Assembly: GCF_006345805.1 (NCBI RefSeq)
Contig: NC_042997.1
Location: 1,302,001-1,366,000 of the forward strand
DNA from: Octopus sinensis
Taxonomy: Eukaryota
Direction: 5' to 3'
DNA: 64,000 nt
Numbering within the stretch: the stretch's first letter is position 1; every line of letters starts with the position of its first letter. The notes beneath the pieces were generated by a model. That model had not been told where the DNA came from and searched no databases. It saw only the letters and a list, made by a program, of their open reading frames with translations. The translations under genes and the position numbers were made by a program. Shown one piece after another: positions 39,311 through 52,505 of the stretch.

Positions 39311-42300
39311 TAGATGGAATTTTCTATTTATCTTCAGGGTCGAGAAATGGAATATCTATCCAGTATCGACGTTGAGAATCTACGTTTTCCTGTTGCTGTG
39401 TGTTCCAGAACTGGCTAAGCTAAGTTCTATGAGAAACTACTGAAAACATCTCTCTCATCCAATGAATTGCAGTGATTTTGAAGTAGATTTTAGAAAACCC
39501 TTTTTTGTTTACAACGAAAGCACAGAATATAACTGTAGAATTCGGATGTATTATATGGCGTGGAATCGTTAAATATCTCTTGGGCTATATGAGTTAACAT
39601 TGTCTAGATGGTGGAATAATTTCAGAGTGATTTGTTGTGTATTTATTAAAAAATGAATCTAACCGGAAACACGGCCGCTTAGGATACATTACTTTGCTAC
39701 TATATTACAATACAATCAACTGTACTAAAATGTTCTGTATATACAGTATCGGTTAATATTTTAAAGGTATCATTTATTACCCGCCTTTAATTACTTGCAA
39801 TGGTACATGTTTCAATTCCCATCAATGAAAATTCTCCCACTTGCCTCAGGTACGTTCTAGATTTAGCATAAAAGGATATATCTACTTTAAAAAGAAAAAA
39901 AACATATCCAACTAATATCAACTAATACGTTGCATACAAAAATAAACGAATATACCTCAATGCGATGACAATGGTGAATCAGTGGGCGTTAATATTCAAT
40001 GACGAGAGGGGAGAGGCGCCTTTCAAGACTCACCAACCATATAGTGTCATCAAAGAAGCATGTACATTCAAATAAACGGAAACACAATTGTAGTGGTCTA
40101 GAACTAACTTGATATCACAAATCTCTGATACACTCCCTCAAAGGAAATTAGCTAAAGTTAATGTTGATATTTGTTCATATAGCTAGACATGCACGGCTGA
40201 GATCTGGAAATGGTGGCATTTTCACAGCAGCAAATATTTAAGTTTTACGTAGGCTTTCACCATACATTTTATGATCATTTATCTCAAAAACATTACTCAA
40301 TAGCCTCACCATTGTTTTGGAATACTTTCATTGCTTAAGAATGAATGACATTCACTTTAGAACGACATGCAATTTCACTATTTCGGGGAAAATATTTGTT
40401 TAACTTAATCGAGCGCTGATTAGTTTAGCGATGTTGAATGGCATCCTTCGAAAGCAGCGTGTTGCTAACCAATAGAATTTTGAACTCCAAAATGCCAATT
40501 GTTAAAACTACTAAAAACCATTCGTTTCTTTCTTTCATAGCATTCCACAACCACAAATACAAAAATATAAAGAACCAAGACAACATAAACGAAAAAGAAA
40601 GCGAAATCCTCTACAAACAGAATACGCAAACACAGCTATAAAATAAATGAAAGCGATTTTTGTAGTTAAGCAGAACAGAAGTGAATATCGTTTACAAAGA
40701 TTTACAGATCATGTACTATGACATGCAGTTAATTCGGCGTGGATAAAAACGAAATCCGTAATAGCCAGACTTGAAACAATTTGTAAATGGTAGGCAGAAC
40801 AAATAGCCTGCATTTAAATATGTTATTAACAATAAATAACTGAACACTCACAGCATAATTATGTACAGATCTACAATACTGTTTCGGCACCATCCTATTC
40901 TACATTGAGTTATTTCGATATTTCTATATAATCATAAACAAATCAATAGACATTCTGAAGAATACTTAACAATGATATACAAGATATGCAACTATGAGAA
41001 ATACAGAAGAAAAGTAATCTTTATAGTTCTAAATTCATGTGATTTCATATCACGCTGAGACTCGAGATCTAATTTTATTTTTATTTCAGCCACTGTAATA
41101 CAATGACGGGTAACTTCAAATAATTGAAACAAACTCCTCTATATTCTATCAATTTAACAATGTAAATCATTTTACATCATATAAAATTGTTTCAAAACCT
41201 ATTCTGTTATGTTCTTAAGTATTGTCTATCTAGCTGTTTGCCCTGATTTATGTTTTGTAGTTGGCAGTTACATATCAAATGTTTCTAAAGGGAAAAATGT
41301 GACTGCAGAACATAAAAGTTTATAAATCCCGAAACCAAAGAAATAATCAGTAACCACTGAATAACCCTAGAGCTGATTATTTTGGTTTAAATAAAATATA
41401 CATTAAGCTCAAAAACGAAGCGATAATACTATTAGTAATCTAAATTTTAGGTGAATTATGCCAGGTAAAAGTAAATGTAATATAATCTGCGAAATCTATT
41501 ATAGTTTCCATTATGTTTGAAAGTAAACAATGTTATTTGTGTTCCACTCTGGAATGGCATATCCACTGTAACAATGGCTTACATTTTAAATGTATGCAAA
41601 TGGACATAATGGAAGTCTGCCCCTTTATAATGAAACCTCTTCTTAAATGCTATGAACCGGCTGCTTGATGTACTTCACTAATGGAATATAATACCAGGAT
41701 TATCATCAGCATATTGAAATTTCTATACTTTGATTACTAATGTCGAAATCCAATCATGGGTGATGAATTACTTGGTGTCGCGACTGTACTGAAGAAAGTC
41801 AACGCAATAAGCGTTATATATCAAATCATATATAGTGATACGATATTTGAGTTATATATCATTATAAATAACGGTCATGATAAATAACGGTCATGTTCGT
41901 CTCTCGACAAAGCACAAGCAGGATATCAGCATGAATTTTAGGCGATGTAAACTTTTAGGACACTTTGTATAAATTAAATAAACACATGTCCGACGATTCT
42001 TTGAATCGACCCTTTTTGATTGGGATATGCAGTGGTTATACAGAATCATTATGTAAACGTGCTTAAATGTGTTTACTGCAGTACTAACTATTTTCTTAAT
42101 TGAAACGTTTTTCTCTCATTGGCGAACAAATCATAATTACAATTACCTCTTTAATAAAAACATTGTTAAGTCCAGCAATTTTTGCATCATCAATTTAAAA
42201 TCTACCTCTAATTTCAACTTTAGTGCTTTGAAAATTATGAAAGAATTCTTTCCAAAATCTGTAACTGAAATAACAAGCGCATTTCCCTTAATTGCCAATG

Positions 42301-42646
42301 CCTTTTAAAAAAGCTTTTGTTCGTTGAGTGAAAAGTTCTTATGAAGATGCATGTGCATTTAATAAGCAAATGGGAGGCACTGAACATTTCCGTCAAAGAA
42401 AGTAGTCTGAACTCTAAAGACGACGCGATACAACTTTATTCGATTGCAGTTAGTCATTGAAAATCTGATTTTCTATATTGGTATATATTATTACATTTTA
42501 TTTTGTGATTATTACAATAACGCGAAGTCAATAAATGGACATATATATGTATATACATACATACATACATACATACATACATACATACATACATACATAC
42601 ATACATGCATATATATATATTCATTCATACATACATTTATATATTA

Positions 42647-43031
42647 CTAGCAGTATCGCCCGGCGTTGCTCAGGTTTGTAAGGGAAATAACTATAAAGCA
42701 TTTTTAGAGAGTTATAGCCAAAAAATAGCAAAAAAATAGAAAAAAAATGATGGTAAATTTTTTTTGAGAGTAAAAAAGGTTGAGTTGCGTCCCCTAGACA
42801 GTCTGTGGTTTATTTTTTTTGATTCTCGACCCCATGTCGAATTTATCGATTTTTTTCAGAACTGGGGGAACTTTTCAAAATTTTCGCTTCGTTAGTTTTG
42901 AATTATGACATTGGGCTATGTGTGTGTCAAGTTTCATCAGAATCGGTTGAAAGCCGTGGTCAGGGTGAGGGTACGAGAAAACAGACACACAGAAACACGC
43001 ACAGACAAACTGCCGTTTATATAGAGAGAGA
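42647..43031 (-). mobile_element. Non-autonomous Helitron
   Basis: The minus strand starts TCTCTCTCTATATAAA and ends with hairpin cctgagcaacgccggg, a short spacer, then CTAG. Inserted between A and T with no TSD. Confidence 0.85.
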
Positions 43032-43305
43032 TTGACGTCAGAAAATTCTGAGAGAAGAAAAAATAATTCCATTTTGCAATTGAATCTCGAAGTATAACTA
43101 AAGCTGAATGATGTCATCTAAAAATGTAACACAAATATTCAATGGCAGTCGAAATAAGCCTATCCAAAAGAGTCCAATTGAAAAAGATATTAGATAATCA
43201 CACATGCACGCACACACATCAAAATCCTCGCACACACATGCACACATGCATATGCACAGACACCCCCACATACAAACACACACACATACATACACACACA
43301 TATAT

Positions 43306-43825
43306 ATATAAAAATAAGGATAAGATCAATATTTAAATATCGATCTTATCAAGTGGCCAGCATGGGAATAAAAAACCTTTCAAAGGTAATAATTATTATT
43401 AAAATCATAATTTAGGGTATCTAAGAGATACCACCACGCCGAAAATAGCAATCGAAACTTGACTCTAAAACCACATTATTTGTTCATATAGCACGAGGAG
43501 AGAAGACAAAGAGACAAAATTAACTAGTGGTGGTGTCTCTTAGATACCCTAAATTATAATTTTAAAAAATTATTAAATTTGAAAAGTTTTTTTTATTCCC
43601 ATGCTGGCCACTCGATAAGATCGATATTTAAATATCGATCTTCTCCTTATTTATATAAATTTATATATTTATTTCGTCATTATATTCACTGCGGTGTTTA
43701 TTCTGACAATATCGTACGAGGAGGTTTAAGGCGGGCAATTTAAGCTGGTGGCATACATACGTGCATATATATATGTATGTATATACGTTCGTATATGTAA
43801 GTATACCTATACGGTATGTTGTATA

Positions 43826-43903
<78 letters not shown>

Positions 43904-44131
43904 GTTGTATTTATTTGTTATCTGAGTGTATTCCACTGATGAAGGCAGATCATCTCTTATGTTAAGTCAGAAATCCAGGATCTGGAATTATCCAGTAATT
44001 CTTTGCTAGTTTCTTTTGTCTCTTTGTCCTCTCTCCTAGTGCTATATAAACATTTAATATGGTTTTAGAGTCAAGTTTCGACTGCTATTTTCTGCGTGGT
44101 GATATCTCTTAGACGCCCTAAATTATAATTT
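43306..44131 (+). mobile_element. Retrozyme-like / non-autonomous PLE insert: inverted copy plus ~570-nt unit with partial tandem repeat
   Basis: 43306-43436 is inverted to 43527-43657, and 43411-43527 is inverted to 44007-44125. 43527 onward recurs at 44096 onward. Canonical hammerhead core at 43936. Confidence 0.75.
43930..43988 (+). ncRNA. Minimal type I hammerhead ribozyme
   Basis: attcca-CTGATGA-aggc...gtca-GAAA-tcc-a-gga-TC|tggaat. Stem I 6 bp, stem III ATCC/GGAT with a 1-nt loop, AUC cleavage after 43982. Stem II is imperfect. Confidence 0.75.
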
Positions 44132-45029
44132 ATATATATATGTATGTATGCATGTATGTATGTATATTATTAAATACATACGTATCACAAAACATCACCC
44201 GATAATAAATCAACGTTGCTTAATAGCAGTGAACATGTGCTCGGTGCCTTATTAAAATTGTATGCATATATAATTTTTTACATAACTCATTTATACCTAA
44301 TATCTATTGTTTTTATAATGTGGCCAGAAAATAATTACACCCAGTAAGATTTATGAAGATTATTTATATGTACACGCACACGCATATATATGCACACACG
44401 TACAGATACAAACACACATGCACACACAGGGACACAAACACACACATTTAAACTTTGTCTCTCTCTCTCTCTCTCTCTCTCATATCCATACAGAGAGAAC
44501 TTTATTAAATTCAAAATGAATCGAACTACAGCGTTGAAAAAAGAGTCAACTTAAAATTCGAATTGCAAACAAACCACTACGAACATGTATACATTTTCAC
44601 ATTCAAAAGAAAAATTTACGTGATACAAAACACTTCTGAAAAGTGCCTTTGATGTCAGTCAGTTGCCAAAGAAACTGTATTCAATTGAGCTCAATTCAGA
44701 TGAAATTTTCTTTGTTTAAAAGAAGAAAAAAAAACAGTTTCAAAAACTTTGAAATCCACAAATTTGTAATCATCAGAATATAAAGTTGATTATGTGAAAA
44801 TTTAATGTGAAAGTTGATTCTATAAAAATTTAAATAAGTTTATATGTCTTGATTCTTGTCTTTAGTTTTAAAACGTCATGGTAGGTGAAATGTTATTGAG
44901 AACTATCATATTACTATCATCATAGACCTGTGAGTACATTGTAAACTTTTCCTGTTTTTTTTTTATAAATAACTTGAATCATAGATTTATAACCATAAAT
45001 CATAGATTTATAATTGTCATTTCCTACTG

Positions 45030-45830
45030 TCCGCTTGGTTCGTTTAACCACTAGGATAATTTCATGTACACTTTGTCATTCATAAACCGAACCCTAAGTG
45101 ATGCTAGCCCACGGGACAAGGTACTTTTAAGAGGGAGCCTTAATTTTCCAAATCTCAGCTAGCCTGAGGGCTATACCCAATCTGTAACTAAATAATCAAA
45201 CAGGAGAGCTATGGACGCCTTTCTCGACATCATTAATGCAGTTCTCATGCGGCAAATTATTACCTGTCCAACTAGGTGAAATAATATACTCGACCTGGGT
45301 TTTCCTACCAATACAGACTAAGAACATTGGTGACTCAATAGTTTAATTCTCAGTAGATTAACTTACTACTCACAATTTTGTTCTCCAAAAGCGCTTGGTC
45401 GCATAGAATAATTGAAGGGTTGCAAAGAATGCTCACCAAGAAAATAATTTCTGTCAAAAGCCTGAATGATTGGGAATGTCTGAAAATTCAGCGTTTCTAC
45501 TCTCTCGAACTCCGAAAAGAGGGATATACTATCAAATTCGTATAGAAAATACTGGGAGGGCATGTTCCAAAGTTCGGCCTAGAACCTATTTAAATGTACG
45601 AACTGGTAGACACTGCCAGCTTCTGAATATATTAACTTAGAAATAAGAAGCAGAATATTCTATTGCACCAGTTTGCTATTTAGCGGTCCTAAATTTGTCA
45701 AATATCTACCAAAAGAAATCAGAATTAGGAAAGGGGCTTCTACTGAAACATGAAATAAATTACTAACTACGATATCGGGCCAGCCAACCATTGAAGGATA
45801 CAGGCAGGAAAATCAGTTGGTAGAAAATCA
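45030..45830 (+). mobile_element. CR1-group LINE relic, APE joined directly to the post-RT C-terminus
   Basis: LRGSLNFPNLS and QIITCPTR*NNILDL (APE). Within ~100 bp follow EGLQRMLTKKI...W..LK...YSLE.R...KILGGHVP.FG and GPK...LPKEIR. Confidence 0.7.
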
Positions 45831-47153
45831 CAGCTCAACATAAAGCAACAACAACACTGAAAGAAAGTAAAAACAGTGCTCAATCTTCGTCGCCGCAGTC
45901 CTACCACAGGAACATTTATAAGAAAGATAGAATAAATGACTATAACTGTATGCAAAATCGTGCGAACCCACACACACGCACACATGAATGTGCACACATA
46001 TACACACGCACGCACACATACACACACATAGATATATGCGTATGGTGACATGATGATACACACACATATATGCAGAAATAGAGAAACTGAGAAACACAGG
46101 GTATCTTGTTTCTATGGTGTAAATATCTTAAATGTGCAGAATTCTGTTATGTTTGTAACATATCATAAAAGCATGTTGAAATGCAGTTTTAAAAAAAATC
46201 TGTCTTGCAGATTAATAGAATATTTCTAGGTGTGTAAGCTTCAGAAATCGTTCGTGTCACCTGCAATACATCAATAAATAAAGTTGTAAATTATTAGCGG
46301 ATCATTTGAGCTTGTTTTGAAATTATTTCTATCGTTGTATGTCTATATCTAAGTATGATACCGAAGGTAGTGGGATTTTTTGTTAGCCATCTTTCGACGG
46401 AATTTATCCATTTAAATCTATTTCGTATCAACACACACTTACCTTCAGGACATCGTTTGAAAATTCTAAAGAGACAACTAAACATACGAACGCGCGCACA
46501 CACACCCGCAATTTCTCTCATTCTAATATGCAACCTAAGATTTCTGAAGTCCTAGAAACTTCCTATTTAGTGGAGAAGCCTGCTTCATTAATCTACTCAA
46601 ATATAATATCCGCTTAACTTATTCAGGTGGTGTAGAAGAAATTCATACGCCGCAAACATTAATTGCGAAGTGACAATACGGGTATATGCACTTCTCTGGA
46701 TCGAGACATTTAATAAACGCTACATCCCTGTAGCAATATGATTTGAACTTAAAACAGAACAGAAATATGTCCACCTTAAATGAGGCATGTAGAATAAAAC
46801 GGTAAAACATCATAAATTAAAGGATTTAAAATTTCAGAACTTTCACAAAATTACAAGGCCAGCTTCAATAGTTATAACGTGCATCCATTTACCAAAACGC
46901 ATGCTAATCTGTTCGGTACCAGCTTCATTTACCCTGTCGAAAGTTGGACAGCTGCAGACCAGTAGCTAGAATGTCAGAACATATGATGGTCTCCGAGCAA
47001 GTAAGGAAATATTATAAAGTCATTGCAAACATTGTAAATAAATAAAGACTCTGCATCACGTTGTTCACTTTCTTAAAAGTTGTGTACAGTCAGTTTGACT
47101 AAAGGCATCATAGCACCAATTGTCTTTACTGTAATGGCTTATGGCCTATTGCT

Positions 47154-47187
<34 letters not shown>

Positions 47188-49296
47188 CATATTCACACAC
47201 ATATGTATATGTATATATTAATTTATGTAGCCAACAACTTTTGTAGTTCGATAACCAGCATTAACATAGAATGCAATGTAAGCTCATACTTTTAAAATCT
47301 TTAGGTGTGCACTGCCTTGTTTCTTTCAGTAATGCACTGTCTTTCAGCGTACACTAGTTGACTGGTTTGCGTTCAAATCCAGCCGTACGGCAGCTCAGCC
47401 CACTCTCTCACTTGCTGTAGCATATTAAACCTCAGATGGGATAACGTAGAGGGACAAGAGTAAGTACCTCAGTCTTAGAGTGACTACACATTCCTCGAAA
47501 ATACGTACGGAAAGCATACCGATAATTACCAATCTATAATCTCTCACGATGATCTATGAACTTTGTAATGTGTTCATTTTTTTTCATTTCAAGCAAGCAT
47601 GATTGAAGTTGCCTGTCAACTATCAATAGAAATATATGTCAATTCCCATCAATCAGTCATGTGATATTCTGTTACGTTTAATTTCTTTCTGAATCCAAAA
47701 CTTCCCTAGCAACTTCGACGGATAACCCTGCATATTAACTTTTTTCAAGATCAGAGTCACGTGAATGAGTATGTTTATTATTCAAAATGGACGGAGGATG
47801 CTGCGTGTTTAGGCATCGTAAGTACCTTTCACTAGTAATCTCTAACGCTTTTAAAGTCAAAACTTAATTTAAGTTCCTGAAAACCTAATTCCTGAAAATA
47901 TCTAATTCATGTTAAATTCTTACTAACGTCAAACATGAGCATGCTGGGACCTCCTTAGATCAATAAATTCAAAGCATATTTTAAGTAAATAACGTGTTAT
48001 TGTAGATTGGGCACACAGAAACATTTTCGAAATCTGATAAAACCTAAAATCTCAGGTGACACATCTCATATTTACTTACATTCACTCTAGTTACCTACTG
48101 ACTATTGTATTTTAGTAAATTCAGATCTGAATAACGAGAATCGAATGTATAGACATGAGTGTAACGTTTATTAAACGTTTACCCCTCGCTGTTGTATTTG
48201 AAAAGACTTTACTCAATGGTGTTCTGAAAATAATTATCATACGTAAAAAAAAATGTATAAGTAATTATAGGAAGTGGTGAATACGTTAACATACTATACT
48301 GTGTTGGATGGAATGTATTTCAGCTAAGTTGTTACAATGGAACAAGATAATATGCGTCTTACTGTATATCCATATTTGTATTAAATATATTTCTAGCATC
48401 CGTATTTTAAAACAGTGTTTAATTTTATTTAATCTATGTAGTGTATATTCGGAACAGCTAATAATATCTAGTTTTACAGAAATCAAATATATATTTAGTC
48501 CTGAAATATATATCACTTCTGGAACACATACACATATCCACACACTTTCATACACAAATACTCACACACGGACACACACAAACTTTCATACATACACACA
48601 CACACATATATGTATGCATGAGGGCGCACCTGTGTCTATTGTTACAGGAACATACATTCATACATATGTACATTATCTGCATCTCTCTTCAACTATGTGT
48701 ATGTATGTGTGTGTGTAAGTGTGTGCGTGTGTACATAGCCTCCTGTACTTCATCATCTTTCGTAGCATCGTTTATCTATACACACACATGTATTATATGT
48801 ATGTATGCGTATAAGATTTATATATGTTAGAAAGCAAAATGTCTCTATTTAATAATATCCCACAGTTTCAAACAATGTTGTTGAAAGGCTTAGGAGAAAA
48901 ATAAATAAACCAGAGAAAGAAACCAACCATTATTATGTTTATTTAGAATTAAATGTTAGATATTAGGTTTGATATTACAAATCGATGGCCCATAATGATT
49001 TACTAGGTTTCTATTTCATTATTTATATAGCTATTTATTTAATTTTCTCCTCTTTCATCGTGTTCAAATTATATCAGAGTATAATATATATAGGCTCATA
49101 GTGGTCACAGTGTAAATTCTGTTGCTGAAAATATTTAATATGGTACTGGTGATGGTTGCAGTTAGGATGGTTGAAATATTATTTACTGAATGGACACAGT
49201 TTTTGTTGTAGGTCCAAATAAACACAATATATACGAATATATGCAAATACGTATGTACGTTTGAATACATACACACCTCCAAACAGAGACATATAT

Positions 49297-49334
<38 letters not shown>

Positions 49335-49376
49335 TATATATATATATATGTAAACAAACATATTCACACACATATG

Positions 49377-49418
<42 letters not shown>

Positions 49419-49995
49419 CATATTCACACACATATGTATATGTATATATCAATTTATGTATCCTACAACTTTTGTTAACCAGCATAAACACCATAGAATG
49501 TAACGTAAGAAATGGTTATAAAACAATAAACTTGCTGATATAATGAGATATTTAGCAATGAATCTTCAATTGAACAAAAATAATTGAAAAGGATGTAAAA
49601 CAAGGTGTATGTGTGTATATCCTATTACATAAATTTTATTTCTATCAACATTGCCTATACAGCATAGTGGTGTATATTTAGGAAAGTGAATCTAAAAGCT
49701 GTTTATTCGACAACACTTCATGCAAGAGTGATGGAAAACTATACGAAGCAAAACATGTTCAGTTCCATTTTCTTGGCAGGGAATATATAACAAACCTCTG
49801 TTTACTCAAAATCCATACAAGTGCATCGCATAGTAGACACCAGAAAAATGTAGATAAATTGCGTGTTGTCGGCAGTGTTGATATATGTGCGTTTCTGACT
49901 GTATGTATTTGTGTGTATATGTGTGCGTACGTGTGTGTGTATGCAAGTATATATTTATGTATGCATGTATGTATGCATGTATGTATGCATGCATG

Positions 49996-50040
<45 letters not shown>

Positions 50041-50536
50041 TTGTGTGTGTGTGTCTGTGTGTGTGTGCACGCATGTTTACGTGTATGCTGTGCATGTATG
50101 CGTTTTGAGCTTGTGTGAAGAAATGACGGTTTATTTTGAAAAAATAATTTGCAAACAAAATGTTAGCGGCATTTCATCTTATATTCTGAATACAAATTTC
50201 GGCGAGATCCAATACCATTTTGAATTGGTTGGAGGCTGATAAAATTAGTACCATTTACGCCCTGAGGTCGATATTATCAACTAGCTCCTTTTCCAAAATT
50301 TCTACCTATAATAGTAAGGATTGTGTTAAAGATAGATTAAGAATAACTACGGAAAGCTTACTACAAGTAGGACTCAATTTATGTTTTTACTTTTTTTTCA
50401 AATATATTGTTACTTGGTAACCCAAGGAGAACAAAAAAAGACAGTAAGAATCTTTAAGAATTTATTCATCACCTCATGTCTTGCAAACAACTTGCACATG
50501 CAAGTGCTACCAGTTAAAATCTCCGTATACCGGAAG

Positions 50537-50648
50537 CTAGCAAGTGTATGGGGTCATCAGGAGATAATGCGCGCCGTTTCGGGGCCTACCTCTCGACGGA
50601 AACAATGCGCACCGGCCCCCCTCACTGATATGAGGCCCCGCTTGCTAG
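50537..50648 (-). ncRNA. Candidate rearranged (non-circularly permuted) hammerhead ribozyme in the 3' UTR
   Basis: ctagcaag c gggg cctca tatcag tgagg ggggcc ggtgcgc attgttt ccg TC|gaga ggta ggcccc GAAA cgg c gcgcatt a tctc CTGATGA cccc ataca cttgctag. All core nucleotides are present and seven helices are mutually compatible. Confidence 0.6.
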
Positions 50649-50668
50649 ATCACCTGGTTATGAAGAAC

Positions 50669-51943
50669 TCAATATACTTCTAGCCATCGCTCATATTCTC
50701 TTTTTAACCAAATCCAGTGGCTAGCCTTCCCCACTGTAGATTAGATATCAGTCATGGTGGTATTGACTTTACGATGAGTTAGGCCTAGCGATAACAACAG
50801 TCGTCTCACGCTGTGTCCAACAAACCCTCTACATCCGACTTCGATAGGAAAATGTTCCACTTTCCAGCCTGCGTCTTCACATTCCTCGAGGAGGTTTTCA
50901 TAACGGTTCAATTTTCGAGCCCGAGCGGCGTCCATATTATCTTCATGAGGAACCGTTAGCTCGACTATATTTACAACCTTCTTTCTTTCACACCACATCA
51001 AAATACCTGGTTTTTTCGTAACTGGGATGGGAAAGAAAACCTGGCACCCAGGTAAATCTGCAGTTACCTCCCAATAGCCGTTCCACTTTTCATTTTTCTC
51101 AGGAAGTTTCTTGATCTTCTTCTTGTAACGGATCCGCTGACCTGGTCGCACGAAGGTAATGGAATCTCTTAATGGTACGTTCACCGGTTTTTCCTCAGTG
51201 TTGTTGAAATGAATTTGGTTCTTTATAGCATTGAAGATAACCTTCAGGACCAAGTTGTGCCTCCATGTATACCTGCTCAATGCTAATGCACAGTTGGAAA
51301 GAAAATGTTTTAGTGTACCGACCTTTCCACATTTGCAGATGTAATTCTCTAAGAGGTTCCATCTTACTAGATTCATAGGTGATGGCAAAACATCATAAGA
51401 TGAACGAATCAGGAAACTCAGCCGAGATGTCGTCCACTTCCACATCTCATCCCAACTTATCTTCCTCTCAACAACATGTTCTTCCCATCTCGTCATCTGA
51501 CCTTGATGAACACATCGGATCAAATGAAGCTCTCTTCTCTCTGCTTCTCTTGTTTTGACGCTGTTGCTAACAACAGATCTTCGTTCACTCCGCATCATGC
51601 TTGCAAACGGTCTGAACTGATCCGCGCCAAAACCAAGTCCTTTCCGATGGTTCTGCGTTGCTCCCACCATATCGCTGTGTATAAGAGAAGACAAGATGTC
51701 GTCAGTTTCTGCTTCTGCTTTCCACTTCCTGGCTGTTTTCACCTCTGGTGGGTTACGCCTGATTTCCATATCCTTCGATTCTCTGAGCATCATGACCGTC
51801 CTTATCTTCCCCAGCTTATATATTTCGACTATTGATGCTATTGGTAGCTGCAACGAACCTCTTTCAAAAACTACAAACTCCCAACGTTTCCCTTCTAGCT
51901 TTTTGGAAAGCGGGGAAGTTTCTTCAGAATGAACGTCGTCCAC
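50669..51943 (-). pseudogene. C-terminal ORF of HERO-like element (CCHC knuckle and restriction-like endonuclease)
   Basis: LQLPIASIVE, RKWKA, GLGFG, SFLIRSSYDVLPSP.NL..W, CKCG...TLKHFLSNC, YTWRHN.VL, KPG (PD motif mutated), VELTVP.ED, PIEVGCRGF. Reading through the stop at 50741 gives KASHWIWLKRE...*. Confidence 0.88.
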
Positions 51944-51999
51944 CTGTTGTTTCTGGATTGTCGTGTTTGCTGGAGGTGGTCTGGGATGTTTTAAGTTTG

Positions 52000-52505
52000 A
52001 TATTTCAGTAGAATTCTACGCATGCGGGAGACATCAAACAAAAGTGCAATATTGGGAGATTTTAGCTTTTTGGAAGCGAGTAGGTGATGGGTGTGCGAGG
52101 TGGGGGAAGGGGCATTGAGTGTTTCTTTAAGAAAAATTAAACTATAAAAAAAACGATATTTTTCCAGATTCATAATCTCTGTATTTTTCTGCGTAGAAAA
52201 ATAAATTAAGAAATTGCGGTGGGAATGGTGGGAAATAAAAATTTTGAAAACATGATTTCTGGACAAAATCGTATTAGCCCGAATTTATACAATGGAACAA
52301 TACATAGTTTGTGATAATTCTTAAGAAGAGAAAGCACTTTCATGCAACTTATGCAAATTGTACACTCCTCCACTTTTAAACAAACAATAACTTCTATTAT
52401 GCCGTTAAATAAATTTCTGTGCCGATTCTGCCCATAAGAAAGGAGCAAATAATACCATGTGCATGTAGGTCATAACAGCTGGGCAACGCCGGGATGCATT
52501 TCTAG
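52000..52505 (+). mobile_element. Non-autonomous Helitron, 3' part
   Basis: Hairpin ctgggcaacgccggg (52479-52493), then CTAG|T at 52502-52506. The hairpin is nearly the same as that of the 42.6 kb Helitron. 5' boundary uncertain. Confidence 0.65.

Larger units (their letters stand above)
50455..51990 (-). mobile_element. HERO-like RLE non-LTR retrotransposon lacking RT
   Basis: Carries the long ORF with post-RT, zinc-knuckle and RLE regions, a structured 3' UTR, and AATAAA (minus) at 50461-50466. Confidence 0.85.

Noticed and set aside
41864-41895. 16-bp perfect tandem duplication (also 24-bp at ~61997-62050 and ~21-bp at ~44977-45013)
   Set aside because: Ordinary slippage duplications with no further structure.
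50741-51943. 400-aa ORF as a host or domesticated gene
   Set aside because: Retrotransposon motifs throughout, a premature stop before the natural C-terminus, a mutated PD motif, and no promoter or splice evidence.
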